Below are positions 1 through 10,300 of a DNA stretch of 64,000 nt, one piece after another. The translations under genes were made by a program, and so were the position numbers. Position 1 is the stretch's first letter. Each line of letters starts with the position of its first letter. The stretch comes from an uncultured Acidobacteriota bacterium (GTDB lineage Bacteria; Acidobacteriota; Vicinamibacteria; Vicinamibacterales; UBA2999): positions 81,280 through 145,279 of the forward strand of contig CAVRPA010000006.1 of NCBI GenBank assembly GCA_963723005.1, given 5' to 3'. The notes under the pieces were generated by a model. It saw only the letters and a program-made list of their open reading frames with translations, did no database searches and was not told the DNA's origin.

Positions 1-99
1 GATCGAGAGGGCGGCAGCGACGCTGCGAATCACAACCGGATTCACACGGGGATGGCGAGTCACGCGGGCCTCCTGTTGAGATTGGGTCGAACCTGAATC

Positions 100-1350
100 C
101 TACCCCGCGAGCTCGCGCTTGAGCGTGGCGAGGTCGAGCTCGTTCTCCCACCGTGATACGACGACCGCGGCGACCCCGTTACCAACGAAGTTGGTGAGCG
201 AGCGCGCTTCGGACATGAAGCGGTCGATGCCCAGGATGAGCGCCAGGCCGGCGACCGGAATCGTCGGCACCACCGCGAGGGTGGCAGCCAACGTGATGAA
301 CCCGGCGCCGGTCACGCCCGAGGCTCCCTTGGACGTCAGCATGGCCACGCCAAGAATCGTCAGCTCCTGCCTCAGCGTCAGATCGATGTTCAGCGCCTGC
401 GCCACGAACAGCGAGGCCATCGTCAGGTAGATGTTGGTGCCGTCCAGGTTGAACGAGTAGCCGGCGGGCACGACCAGGCCGACGACCGACTTCGAGCAGC
501 CCAGCTGTTCGAGCTTCTGCATCAGCGGGACGAGCGCGGACTCCGATGACGAGGTGCCGAGCACGGTCAGCAGCTCTTCCTTGATGTAGAGGATGAAGCG
601 CACGATGCTGAATCCGGTCAGCGCGGCAATGCCGCCGAGCACGACGAACACGAACAGGATGCAGGTGAGATAGAAGCTACCCATCAGCCATGCCATTGGC
701 TTCAGCGCGTCCACCCCGTAGCGCCCGATGGTGAACGCCATGGCGCCTCCGGCCCCGAGCGGCGCCAGCTTCATGATCACGTTCATGATGCGGAAGAAGA
801 CGTGCGAGCTGGTGGCGATCACCTGGTGGACGAGGTTTCCCTCCTTCCCCATGTGGGTCATGGCATAGCCGAACAGCACGGCAACGAACAGCACCTGGAG
901 CAAGTCGCCCGAGCCCGTGAACGCGTCGAAGAACGTCCGCGGAATCACGTGCAGCAGGAACTCCACGGTGCTCTGGCTGGCGGCCACCTTGGCGTAGTCG
1001 GCCACCGCGCGTGAGTCGAGCGTGGCGGGATCGGCGTTGAACCCCGCGCCGGGCCGGATCAGATTGGCGACGACCAGGCCGATCACCAGCGCGAACGTGG
1101 ACACCACCTCGAAGTAGAGCAGCGCCTTGCCGCCGACGCGGCCCACCTTCTTCATGTCTCCCGCGCCGGCGATGCCCAGCACCACCGTGCAGAAGATGAT
1201 CGGACCGATCAGCATCTTCACGAGCGCGATGAATCCGTCGCCGAGCGGCTTGAGCGCAACGCCCGTCTCGGGAGACACGTAACCAATCGTTCCGCCCGTG
1301 ACGATCGCGAGCAGCACCCAGAAATAGAGATGTCCAGTCAGGCTTTTCAT
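100..1350 (-). CDS. dctA: C4-dicarboxylate:H+ symporter DctA (DAACS family)
   Basis: Motifs '[24 protein letters not shown]', '[11 protein letters not shown]', '[12 protein letters not shown]', '[19 protein letters not shown]', '[10 protein letters not shown]'; start trimmed to [10 protein letters not shown]. Confidence 0.95.
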   Translation of the reverse strand: MKSLTGHLYFWVLLAIVTGGTIGYVSPETGVALKPLGDGFIALVKMLIGPIIFCTVVLGIAGAGDMKKVGRVGGKALLYFEVVSTFALVIGLVVANLIRPGAGFNADPATLDSRAVADYAKVAASQSTVEFLLHVIPRTFFDAFTGSGDLLQVLFVAVLFGYAMTHMGKEGNLVHQVIATSSHVFFRIMNVIMKLAPLGAGGAMAFTIGRYGVDALKPMAWLMGSFYLTCILFVFVVLGGIAALTGFSIVRFILYIKEELLTVLGTSSSESALVPLMQKLEQLGCSKSVVGLVVPAGYSFNLDGTNIYLTMASLFVAQALNIDLTLRQELTILGVAMLTSKGASGVTGAGFITLAATLAVVPTIPVAGLALILGIDRFMSEARSLTNFVGNGVAAVVVSRWENELDLATLKRELAG

Positions 1351-1413
1351 GCGTGGCTTCAGTCCGGCCATATGATGGACCGGTTCCGGCACCGCCCGCG
1401 TGATAATGAGCGC

Positions 1414-2867
1414 TTGACCACCATCGAGCTCACGCCGGCGGAACGCGAAGCACTTGGACGCGCGGCCCTGAACTGGGTCCTCGAGTACTTCCGCACCACC
1501 AGCGAACGCTCCGGTCTACCCTCCGGTCTCGATGCGCGAGCTCGCCGGCCTCGTGGGCGAGAGCCTCCCGGAGGAGCCGCAACACGCGGACCTGGTGCTC
1601 GAGCAGTTCGCGGCGCTCGCGGCGCTCGGACGCAAGAACGGGCATCCGCGCATGTTCGGCTACGTGCAGTCGTCCGGCAGCTTCGCCGGGGTCATCGGCG
1701 ACTTCCTGGCCTCGGCGCTCAACCAGAACGTGACGTCGTGGCGATCAGCGCCGTCGGCCACTGCCGTGGAGCATCAGGTGGTCGACTGGATGAAGGCGCT
1801 GGTCGGCTTCGATGCCAACGCGGGCGGCATCCTGTTGAGCGGCGGATCGCTGGCGAACTTCGCCGGACTGGCGGTGGCGCTTCGCGCCAGCACGACGGCG
1901 GACATCAACTCGCTCGGCGTAGCGGCCTTACCTGGCCGGCCGCGTATCTACACCTCGACGATGACGCACATGTCCACGCCGAAGGCCGCCGCCATGATGG
2001 GGATTGGCCGCGATGCCATCGTGCACATTCCGGTGGACGCGGAATTCCGCATGCGCCCCGAGGCGCTGGCCAGCGCCGTCGAGGCAGACCGCGCAGCGGG
2101 ACTGCACCCGGTCTGCGTGGTGGCCAATGCAGGTGATGTCAACACCGGCGCCATCGACCCGCTCGACGCCATTGCCGACGTGTGCGCGCGGCACCGGCCT
2201 GTGGCTGCACGTGGACGGTTCGTATGGCGGCTTCGCCGCGGGAGCGCCGAGCATTGGTGGTGCGCTCGCGGGGCTTGGCCGCGCCGATTCGATGTCACTC
2301 GACCCGCACAAGTGGCTCTACGCTCCGCTCGATGCGGGTTGCCTGCTGGTGCGCGACGCCGCGCACCTCGGCCGTGCGTTCGCGCAGAGCGCCGCGTATG
2401 TGGATGTGATTGCCGATCAGGACATGTCGTCGTACGCGTTCTGGGATCACGGGCCGGAGCTGTCGCGCCGCTTCCGCGCACTCAAGATCTGGTTCCTGCT
2501 GAAGATCCACGGCGCACGCGCCATCCGCGACGCCATCGAACAGAACATCGTCGTGGCGCGGGCCCTGGCGCGGACGATCGACGACAGCGCGGACTTCGAG
2601 CGGCTGGCGCCGGTGCCGCTGAGCATCGTGTGTTTTCGCTACGTGCCGCCGCATCTGCGAGGACGAGACGCTGCCGCGGAGGACCTGAACGCGCTGAACC
2701 GCGAGATCATGCTCGGCGTGCAGCGCGAAGGCGAGGCCTACTTGTCGAATGCGATGATCGGCGAGCGCTTCGCCCTCCGCGCGTGCATCGTCAATTTCCG
2801 GACGCAGGTCGCGGACGGCGAGGCGCTGCTGGCCGCCATCCGCCGCGTGGCGTCAGGGCTGGCCTGA
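1414..2867 (+). CDS. PLP-dependent group II amino-acid decarboxylase (DDC/GAD family); frameshifts near 1510 and 2195
   Basis: 'HPRMFGYV', 'SGGSLANF' and '[12 protein letters not shown]' in ORF 1532-2878 continue as '[10 protein letters not shown]' and '[11 protein letters not shown]' (PLP lysine) in ORF 2004-2867. Confidence 0.88.
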
Positions 2868-2874
2868 GGGCGGC

Positions 2875-3681
2875 CTAGGCGATCATCTCGGGCTGCAGCA
2901 CCTTCTCGACCGCGCGGCCGTTGGCGACGCTGACGTAGTAGACCTTGGCCTCGGCCCTGGCCGCGACCACGCGCTTCACCTCGTTGTCCTCGAAGTAGAG
3001 GCCGGCATCGTTGTCGCAGGCATAGCCCGGCTTCATCGCGCCGCTGCCGATCAGCTTCTGATAGAGCGGGCGGCGTCCGGGCTCCGCGTCGTAGTGCGGC
3101 GAATGGCTCCCCTTCAGGAAGCCGAGGCACTGCACGATCGACAGTTCCTTCGGGCGCGAGTCGGTGGTGCCTTCTTCGAACCAGCACAGCGACCCCGCGC
3201 TGGCGCCGCCGAGCACGATGCCGCGATCCCACGCCTGCCGCAGCACCACGTCGATCCCCTGTGCTTTCCAGATGGCCTGCTGGTTGAGCGTGTTTCCTCC
3301 GGAGCAGACGATGCCGTCCACGGAGAGCAGCACTTCTTCCCAGCTGCGCACCTGACTGAGGCTCTCGATGAAGCTGTCCTGCGCCGAGGCTTCGACGTTC
3401 AGCGGCGCGCAGTTCTTGAACCAGGTGATGGTGCCGGCCTGCGAGTCCGCGGAGGCAGTGGGAAGGTAACAGAGCTTCGGCCGCGGCTTGCCGGTGAGCT
3501 GCGCCATGTAGCGGATGAAGGCGGTGTTGAAGCCGCCGCCGGCGACCAGGATCTTGCGGGTGCCCGTCGGGGGCGTGGACTGCATCGATGAACCCTCGAG
3601 TGTGGAGACGGTCAGTCGGCCGGCGCCTGCCGCCACCGATCCCAGGATGGACGACCTGATGAATTCCCGGCGTGTGGCCAT
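2875..3681 (-). CDS. Tat-exported peptidase E (S51) family protein
   Basis: N-terminus MATRREFIRSS (twin-arginine); 'YLPTAS', 'SGGNTLN', nucleophile 'GASAG', 'SPHYD'. Confidence 0.88.
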   Translation of the reverse strand: MATRREFIRSSILGSVAAGAGRLTVSTLEGSSMQSTPPTGTRKILVAGGGFNTAFIRYMAQLTGKPRPKLCYLPTASADSQAGTITWFKNCAPLNVEASAQDSFIESLSQVRSWEEVLLSVDGIVCSGGNTLNQQAIWKAQGIDVVLRQAWDRGIVLGGASAGSLCWFEEGTTDSRPKELSIVQCLGFLKGSHSPHYDAEPGRRPLYQKLIGSGAMKPGYACDNDAGLYFEDNEVKRVVAARAEAKVYYVSVANGRAVEKVLQPEMIA

Positions 3682-3688
3682 GGTGGTT

Positions 3689-4174
3689 TCAGCGTCGGAC
3701 GGCGCGAGGCGTGAGGCCACCCGCGTTTCCGCGGGCGGGCTGCGGGCGGCTCGGCCCGGCGCTCGATGGCGGCACAGGCCGCTGCCCCTGGCCGGGCGGC
3801 GGAATCCGGGAAGCGTCCTTGCTCCATCCGTCCCGCCGATACGGTAGACGGCTTCCGTACCATCCGCCGCCAATGTAACCGGAGCCGTACCAGGCGTTGT
3901 TCTGCCAGTTCGGATCCAGCGGCTGCGCGGGTGTGACCTCGAGCGGCCCGAACGGGCCATGCGAGGGATCGCCGGCAATGATCAGGACGGTTGGGTTGTC
4001 GGGAAACACCGGCGGCGCCACGAACTGGCGCGCCGCGAGTGACGCCAACTCTTGCGCCGTCGCGGTGTGGGACCACGTCCGCGGCTTCCCCAGGTCGGCG
4101 TTGGTATACACGCGCGACTGCGCGAACGCCGGGGCCGCAAGCAACAAGCAGGCGACGGTGAGTCGTCCGACCAT
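3689..4174 (-). CDS. Hypothetical secreted protein
   Basis: Signal peptide 'ACLLLAAPAFAQ' followed by 'VYTNADL'; Pro/Gly-rich tail. Confidence 0.65.
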   Translation of the reverse strand: MVGRLTVACLLLAAPAFAQSRVYTNADLGKPRTWSHTATAQELASLAARQFVAPPVFPDNPTVLIIAGDPSHGPFGPLEVTPAQPLDPNWQNNAWYGSGYIGGGWYGSRLPYRRDGWSKDASRIPPPGQGQRPVPPSSAGPSRPQPARGNAGGLTPRAVRR

Positions 4175-4222
4175 GGGGCTGACGTGGAGTATGGCTCCCG
4201 GTCCGCAGCCCGTCAACCCGAG

Positions 4223-4693
4223 CTACGGCAGGTGGTAGGTGAAGGTCAGCGACGCGATTCGGAACTGCCCCTGTGATTCGACCATCATCAGCATCAGGCG
4301 GCCGCGCCTGGTGGTGCCGCCGCTCGTGAAGTCGAACCCGGCAAGCACGTGCGCCAGCCTGCCGACGCGCGTGATGCGCACGTCGTGGAGCGTCTCGGTC
4401 ATCGCCGCGCGGGCGAAGCCGGCGCGCTGGCTCTCGTAGAACTCCTCCAGCGTACGGGTCGTGACGCTGCCGTCGGCGTTGGTATAGGTGGCGGTGAAGC
4501 CGGGCAGGAACAGCGCCCTCCACTCGGCCAGGCGCTCGTTCGTGTAGAGGCCGATGTAGTCGTCCAGCACGCGCTGCACGACCGCGTGGTCGGTGACGCT
4601 CGCCGCCGGGCCGGCGGCCGCGCCCTGCGCGCGCGGGCTCGCCGTCGCCGCGAGAAAGAGACAGAGGCCACCAAGAACCAGGAGGCGGGCCAT
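4223..4693 (-). CDS. Secreted NTF2/SnoaL-like fold protein
   Basis: Signal peptide; helix-then-strand pattern typical of NTF2 ('VQRVLDDYIGLY..WRALF..DVRITRVGRLAHV..QFRIASLTF'). Confidence 0.7.
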   Translation of the reverse strand: MARLLVLGGLCLFLAATASPRAQGAAAGPAASVTDHAVVQRVLDDYIGLYTNERLAEWRALFLPGFTATYTNADGSVTTRTLEEFYESQRAGFARAAMTETLHDVRITRVGRLAHVLAGFDFTSGGTTRRGRLMLMMVESQGQFRIASLTFTYHLP

Positions 4694-4701
4694 CAGCTCT
4701 G

Positions 4702-5304
4702 TTACTGCGGTCTCCTGAACAGCCCTACGTAGACTGCCTTCCCGAGAACGTGCCCTTCCATGGCCTTCCAGATGGCCGTTCTCGTCACCCATGCGTCCGC
4801 GCCGGCCGGCACATCGAGCTTGGTGTCGAGCGCGAACACCTCGAAGGTGTAGTGATGGACCGGGCCGCTGGCCGGAGCGCCGGGACCGCGGTACACCGGG
4901 CCGCTTGCGCTGATCTGATGGCTGCCGTCCGGCAGGTCGGCACCCTTTGGCACTCCCTCGGGCAGGCCGGTGGCCGTACCCGGGATGTTCCAGACGAGCC
5001 AGTGCACCTGGTCCTCGGTGCCCTTGTTGCGCGCCACGTCAGGGTCGCGCATATGCAACACGAAGCTCTGCGTGCCGGGCGGGACGTTGTTCCACGTCAG
5101 CGCCGGCGAGATCTGGTCACCGGCCTGCGTGTGCTTCGCGGGAATCGGGTCGCCATCCGGGAACGCGGTCGTGGTCAGCGTCATCGCCGGGCGGGGCGGC
5201 GGCGCCCCGGGGGCTGGCGGTTGTCCGGCCGGGGTCTGAGCGGACGAGGACGCGGGCAACGCGCACGCGACCGTGAGTGTCAGAGCAAGGGCATGAAGGC
5301 GCAT
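4702..5304 (-). CDS. YbhB/YbcL family Raf-kinase-inhibitor-like (PEBP) protein, secreted
   Basis: 'SPALTW..P.GTQSFVLHMRDPD', 'HWLVWNIP', 'YRGPGAP..GPVHHYTFEVFALD'. Confidence 0.9.
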   Translation of the reverse strand: MRLHALALTLTVACALPASSSAQTPAGQPPAPGAPPPRPAMTLTTTAFPDGDPIPAKHTQAGDQISPALTWNNVPPGTQSFVLHMRDPDVARNKGTEDQVHWLVWNIPGTATGLPEGVPKGADLPDGSHQISASGPVYRGPGAPASGPVHHYTFEVFALDTKLDVPAGADAWVTRTAIWKAMEGHVLGKAVYVGLFRRPQ

Positions 5305-5341
5305 AGCGAGAGAGCATACGGCCTCCGCTATAATTTTCCCA

Positions 5342-5782
5342 ATGACTGCTCGTGCATGCTTTCGTCTCTCGGGTGCGGCGGTGGCCGCGTCTCTCCTTGC
5401 CTTCTCCGTGGCCTGCGGCTCGTCCGAGGCGCCAGCGCCGGCATCTACGGCAGCCCCCGCGGCTGGCAAGGCCCCGACATCATCGGCCGCCAGCCCCGCT
5501 GGCGAATTGAAGATCGTCGAACCTGCGGAAGGGTCGTCGTCGGGGCACATCGACCTGTTCAGCTGGACCGCGGTGCCTGGTGCCGACGGCTACCGCATGC
5601 ACCTGGCCGCCGCCACCGACAATCGCACCGTGTGGGATAGCCCTCTGCTGACCACCACCGAGGCGCACCTGCCGAACACGGTCGCCCTCGAACCGGAAGC
5701 GTACGTGTGGCAGATCACCGCCCTCAAGGGCAACGAGGTGGTGGCCACCTCGCCGCTCTCACGCTTCACGGTCACGCCGTAA
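5342..5782 (+). CDS. Hypothetical lipoprotein with Fn3/Ig-like C-terminal domain
   Basis: Lipobox 'FSVAC'; 'FSWTAVPGADGY..YVWQITA'. Confidence 0.7.
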   Translation: MTARACFRLSGAAVAASLLAFSVACGSSEAPAPASTAAPAAGKAPTSSAASPAGELKIVEPAEGSSSGHIDLFSWTAVPGADGYRMHLAAATDNRTVWDSPLLTTTEAHLPNTVALEPEAYVWQITALKGNEVVATSPLSRFTVTP

Positions 5783-5817
5783 CGGCGTCAACCCCTCAGC
5801 TCAAGGGAGCTGTGGGG

Positions 5818-6510
5818 TCAGATTGCCATGCGCCGCGCGACCGAGGCCACCGGTGCCGGCGCTTCGCGGGCGAACTCCGCCCACGGCTTGGTCGCATCCG
5901 GAAGGTCCCCCTCGATCGTGCCGCCGCACCGTGCGAGCGCGGGGCCAACCGGCACCAGCCACGCCCGTTTCACCACGACGTGCACTCCGAACGAGGCCAC
6001 GCGCAGTTCGAAGTACGGCGGCAGCACAGCCTGCCGGGGGCCAGTGACTTCGATCCCCACGCCGCCGACGCTGGCTTCCCGCACGGTCACGGCCATGCCG
6101 TGCGCCACCGCCGGAATCGGCTCGACGTCGCGACGCGGAAAGCGGCGGGCGGGACGGCCCTCGGCCAGCGCCAGGCCCACCGAGAGCAGCAGCCCCTCGC
6201 GGGTGAGGGGGCGGTTGATCACACTCAGGTCTCCCCTCACCGCCTTCGGCAGGCGGCTCGCGTCACCCAGGATCATCAACGGGCGATTGCTCCCCAGCCG
6301 CCGCATCAAGCCGCGGACATCGTCCTCGCGCGGAACCAGGGCCATCTCCGCGATCAGTGCTTCCACGGGGTTGGTGTGCAGGTCCTCGTCGAGCCGGGAG
6401 AGATCGGACACGGCAACGGGGTCGTAGCCGGACTGCGACAGCCAGTCGGAGACTGACGCGCGTTCGGCGGGTTGGAGGCAGGCAACGGCGATGCTGGCGC
6501 GGTTGGTCAC
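5818..6510 (-). CDS. Receiver-like + PilZ-like domain protein
   Basis: N-terminal receiver-like alpha/beta pattern without the canonical Asp; 'RRFPR' and 'EASVGG' resemble PilZ RxxxR and DxSxxG. Confidence 0.55.
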   Translation of the reverse strand: MTNRASIAVACLQPAERASVSDWLSQSGYDPVAVSDLSRLDEDLHTNPVEALIAEMALVPREDDVRGLMRRLGSNRPLMILGDASRLPKAVRGDLSVINRPLTREGLLLSVGLALAEGRPARRFPRRDVEPIPAVAHGMAVTVREASVGGVGIEVTGPRQAVLPPYFELRVASFGVHVVVKRAWLVPVGPALARCGGTIEGDLPDATKPWAEFAREAPAPVASVARRMAI

Positions 6511-6623
6511 GAGAGCCTGAGGGCAAAACGCGCACCAGAATGGATCATCACGCAATTGCGCGGGATTGCCCGCTTCGCGTCTCCGACGGTCGGGCTGGTC
6601 TCACCGTTACCGTCGGGCTGATT

Positions 6624-7988
6624 TCAAGACTGTCCGACCGGCGGCAGAGAGTCGACCAGATGCAGTTGATCGAGCAGCGCCTGGAACCGTGGCTCGCCGC
6701 GGAGGCCGTCGAGGCCAGGGTCAACGTTCAGCAGGGACAGCCCGGCATCGCGAACGTCCCTGGCCGTCTCGAGCCACTGCAGCGCCCGCGGTAGATCGCC
6801 GACCGCGGCATACAGGCGCGCCCGCACGTAAGGCGAGCTGTAGACCTCGCTCGACGGCGACTCTGCCAGGTCCAGGAAGGCGCGCCAGTATCCGCGGACG
6901 CCGGAGCGCGCATACGCGGCGTCCAGCGTGGCCGCGACGTCACGGCTGAACATCTCCGGCGCGCGCAGGAACTCCGAGACGGGCTGGCTGGCCATCCCCA
7001 TTTCCCCGTACGCCATCAGGAGGCCCATCTGCGCGTCGGTGAACGCGGCGTCAAGGTCGATGGCAGCCCGGTACTGGGCCACCGCGTCCTCGAAGCGGCG
7101 CGCCAGGTAGAGAACGAGCGCCAGGTCGGTATTGATGGCCACCGACAGCGGCTCCAACTCCTGCGCCCGCTCCAGTTCGGCGATCGCCTCGTCGAACCTT
7201 CCACCCGCCACCAGCCACATGCCGTGCCAGTGATGCGCGGTTGCGTAGGAGGGATTGAGCGCAAGGGCGGCGCGAAACCCGGCCTGGGCACCGCGCCAGT
7301 CCCAGTCGTACAGCATCCTTACGAGCGCCAGCGTGGTGTGCGCCTCCGCCAGCGACTCGTCGATCCGAAGCGCCTCGAGCGCGGCTGCCCGAGCCTTGGG
7401 CATGGTCTCCGCCGGCGGCAACCGGCTGCACTGGCTGAGGATGGCATAGCAGTCGGCCAGCCCCGCGTAGGCCTTCGCGTGCCGCGGATCCTTCTCGAGC
7501 GCCTGCTGAAAGCAGCGGATGGCCTTCTCCACCGAACCGGCCGTCCGGCGCTCCCAGAAATGGCGGCCCTTCAGGCACAACTGGTACGCCTCGGTGTTCT
7601 CGGTGTGGCGCCTGCCGAGCAGCGCACGCGCCGCCGAGTGGGCCCCCGTCGCCACATCGTCTGCCTCGGCCCGCTCTCGCACCTCGGCGACGAAGCAGTA
7701 GCCTCGCTTCGGCACGGTGACGATGAAGCGATGATCGCGGACGGAATCGCCCAGAGCCTTGCGCAGCATGAAGATCGTCTGCGTCAGGTTCGATTCCTCG
7801 ACCACCGCGTCGGGCCAGACCTGCCGCAGCAGTTCGTCCTTGCCGACCACGGTCCCGACGTGGCGGACCAGAGTCAGGAGCGCCTCGAATGCCTTGGACG
7901 TGAGGGGCACCACGGCGCCGTCCCGCATCAGCAGCCGGCTGGCGGGGTGCAAGGCGAACGGCCCGAAGTGGTAGGTAGCTCGCGCCAT
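6624..7988 (-). CDS. OmpR/CadC winged-helix transcriptional regulator with TPR repeats
   Basis: 'YHFGPF.L..LLMRDG..VPLTSKAFEALL..KDELL..VWPD..VEESNL..LRKALGD..FIVTVPKRGY' followed by TPRs. Confidence 0.92.
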   Translation of the reverse strand: MARATYHFGPFALHPASRLLMRDGAVVPLTSKAFEALLTLVRHVGTVVGKDELLRQVWPDAVVEESNLTQTIFMLRKALGDSVRDHRFIVTVPKRGYCFVAEVRERAEADDVATGAHSAARALLGRRHTENTEAYQLCLKGRHFWERRTAGSVEKAIRCFQQALEKDPRHAKAYAGLADCYAILSQCSRLPPAETMPKARAAALEALRIDESLAEAHTTLALVRMLYDWDWRGAQAGFRAALALNPSYATAHHWHGMWLVAGGRFDEAIAELERAQELEPLSVAINTDLALVLYLARRFEDAVAQYRAAIDLDAAFTDAQMGLLMAYGEMGMASQPVSEFLRAPEMFSRDVAATLDAAYARSGVRGYWRAFLDLAESPSSEVYSSPYVRARLYAAVGDLPRALQWLETARDVRDAGLSLLNVDPGLDGLRGEPRFQALLDQLHLVDSLPPVGQS

Positions 7989-7996
7989 CTGCGGCT

Positions 7997-8022
7997 CTAA
8001 TAAAATTTGAGAAGAATTTATC
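7997..8022. promoter_or_regulatory. AT-rich divergent promoter/operator between the regulator and the AprA-like gene
   Basis: TAATAAAATTTGAGAAGAATTTATCA in a GC-rich background; imperfect inverted repeat. Confidence 0.45.
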
Positions 8023-8068
8023 ACGCGGCCAATGACGCGTCCCCACCCTTCCTCCTAGGCTCTGGGGC

Positions 8069-10006
8069 ATGTCCGACGCCGTCAGCTGGCCATACCCGAT
8101 CGAGTGGGACAAGACCGAGGAGGTCGACACCGACGTGCTGGTGATCGGCGGCGGTGCCTCGGGATGCTTTGCCGCCATGGGCGCGGCCAGCCGTGGCGCA
8201 CGGGTCGTGATGTGGGAGAAAGCCGCCACCATGACGAGCGGCGCGATGGGCTCGGGCTGCGATCACTGGGAAATGGCCGCCACCAATCCCTGCTCCCTCG
8301 TGACGCCGGAGGAACTCGCCGACGCGATGATCCGCGGCCACCATGGCTACAACAACGGCATCTCGCACTACATCGAGGCGCGCGAGTCGTACGACCGTCT
8401 GCTGGACCTCGAACGATACGGCGCGAAGATCCGCGACACGGACGATGAGTTCAAGGGCGCGGAGTTCAGGGACGAGGCGACGAAGTTCATGTTCGCGTAC
8501 GACTACGTGAACCGCTTCACGCTGCGTGTCTGGGGCACCACGTTCAAGCGGGCGATGTATCGCGGCGCCAAGATCCTGAGGGCGCACGTCGTGGACCGCA
8601 CCATGGGCGCGGGCCTGCTCACCGAAGGCGGCCGCATGGGTGGGCGGGTGGTCGGCGCCGTCGCCATCAACGGCCGCACCGGCAAGTTCACCGTCTGCCG
8701 GGCGAAGTCGGTGGTGTTCTGCATGTCGCGGCCGACGCGGCTCTGGCTGTTCGCGCCGGGCGCCACCGGCATCTCGGAGTTCCGGCCGCCGCAGTGCACG
8801 GGCGACGGCCACGCCATGGCGTGGCGCGTGGGCGGCTCGTTCACGATGCTCGAGAAGTCGCTGCGCGGAGAGTGGTCGGGCCTGCGCAGCTTCCCGCCGT
8901 ACAGCACCGGCAACAACCACAACACGTGGTACGCCTGCACGATGATCGACGCCGAGGGCCGTCAGATTCCGTGGCTGGATCGCGACGGCCGCGAGCTGCA
9001 GAGCGTGGCCGATCGCTACCGTCCGTCGCCCGGACAGAAGTTCTACATGAAGGGCGGCGGCGAGCCCGACTTTCCCTTCTACGAATTCCAGGGGCCGGAG
9101 ACGCTGGCGGTCGAGGAAGCGCTGAAGCGCGGTTACAAGCTGCCCTTCTACGCGGACCTGACGAGCATGCCCGAGACCGAGCGCCGCGTCATCTGGGGGA
9201 TGATGGTCGGCAACGAGGGCAAGACGCGCACGCCCGTCTACCAGGCCTACAACGACGCGGGCTTCGACCCGTCGCGCGACGCGCTCCAGAGCTACGGCGA
9301 CGGCTGGCGCTCGGGCCAGTTCCTGCCGCAGGAGCGGCAGTTCTTCGGCATTCCCGGCGGCATGGTCAACGACTGGCGGCTGATGACCAACCTCGAGGGG
9401 CTGTTCGCCGCCGGAGACGTGCTGTTCGCTTCCGACTGCGTGGGCCACGCCGCCGCCACCGGGCACTACGCCGGCCGGCACGCCGCCGACTACGCCGCCT
9501 CGCACGGGGCCGTCACCATTCATCAACCGCAGGTGGACGCGGAACGCGCCCGCCTGTTCGAGCCGCTCAGCCGGCAGAAGGGCCTCAGCTGGCAGGCGCT
9601 GGCGGAGGCCATCACCCGCGTGATGCAGAACTACTGCGGCGCGGTGAAGAGCGACGACCTGCTGCACGAAGGCCTGCGCGGGCTGGAGGAGCTGAAGAGG
9701 AGTCGAAGGCGCTCTTCGCGCGGAACCCGCACGACCTGCTCCGCGCCCAGGAGACGCTGAACGTGCTCACCAACGCGGAGCTGGTGATCCACTCGTGCCT
9801 CGCGCGCAAGGCCAGCTCGCACCAGTTGCAGTTCACCCGTCTCGACTATCCCGAGATGGACCCGCCGGCGTGGCACAAGTTCGTCACGGTGTGGCAGGAC
9901 GAGGGCGGCGTTCGGAACGGCGAGCTGCCCATCGACTACTACGGCGACCTCACCGCGAACTACGAGCGGCACAACGCCGACTACATCGCCGGAGCGCGGC
10001 GCATGA
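8069..10006 (+). CDS. FAD-dependent oxidoreductase, AprA/SdhA-like flavoprotein; frameshift near 9697
   Basis: FAD motif 'DVLVIGGGASG', 'CTGDGHAMAWRVG', 'TNLEGLFAAGD', 'RVMQNYCG'; C-terminus 'ARNPHDLLRAQE..RLDYPEMD..W' lies in the next frame. Confidence 0.85.
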
Positions 10007-10287
10007 GCAAGGTGATGGCCGTTCCGGATCAGGCGCTGGTCGATCCGATCACGATCTTCCCGGACATCTGCACAGGCTGCAATCTGTGCCTGCACGTCTG
10101 CCCGGTGGACCTGTTCCTGCCGAACGAGGAGAAGGGCGGACCACCGCTGGTGCTCTGGCCCGGGGAGTGCTGGTACGAAGGCAGCTGCGTGGACATCTGC
10201 CCCGAGCCCGGCGCCATCGTGCTGAACCGGCCTCCGGCCACGCGCGTCAACTGGAAGCCGCGGAGCGAGTGCAAGCCGCGCCAGTGA
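10003..10287 (+). CDS. AprB-like dicluster ferredoxin
   Basis: 'CTGCNLCLHVCP' and 'ECWYEGSCVDICP..GAI'; in this assembly it is in frame with the flavoprotein C-terminus. Confidence 0.85.
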   Translation: MSKVMAVPDQALVDPITIFPDICTGCNLCLHVCPVDLFLPNEEKGGPPLVLWPGECWYEGSCVDICPEPGAIVLNRPPATRVNWKPRSECKPRQ

Positions 10288-10300
10288 GGGCGCGGGCGTT

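Noticed and set aside
8069-10287. Assigning aprA/aprB or sdhA gene symbols
   Set aside because: Only family-level similarity; no supporting pathway genes in the window.
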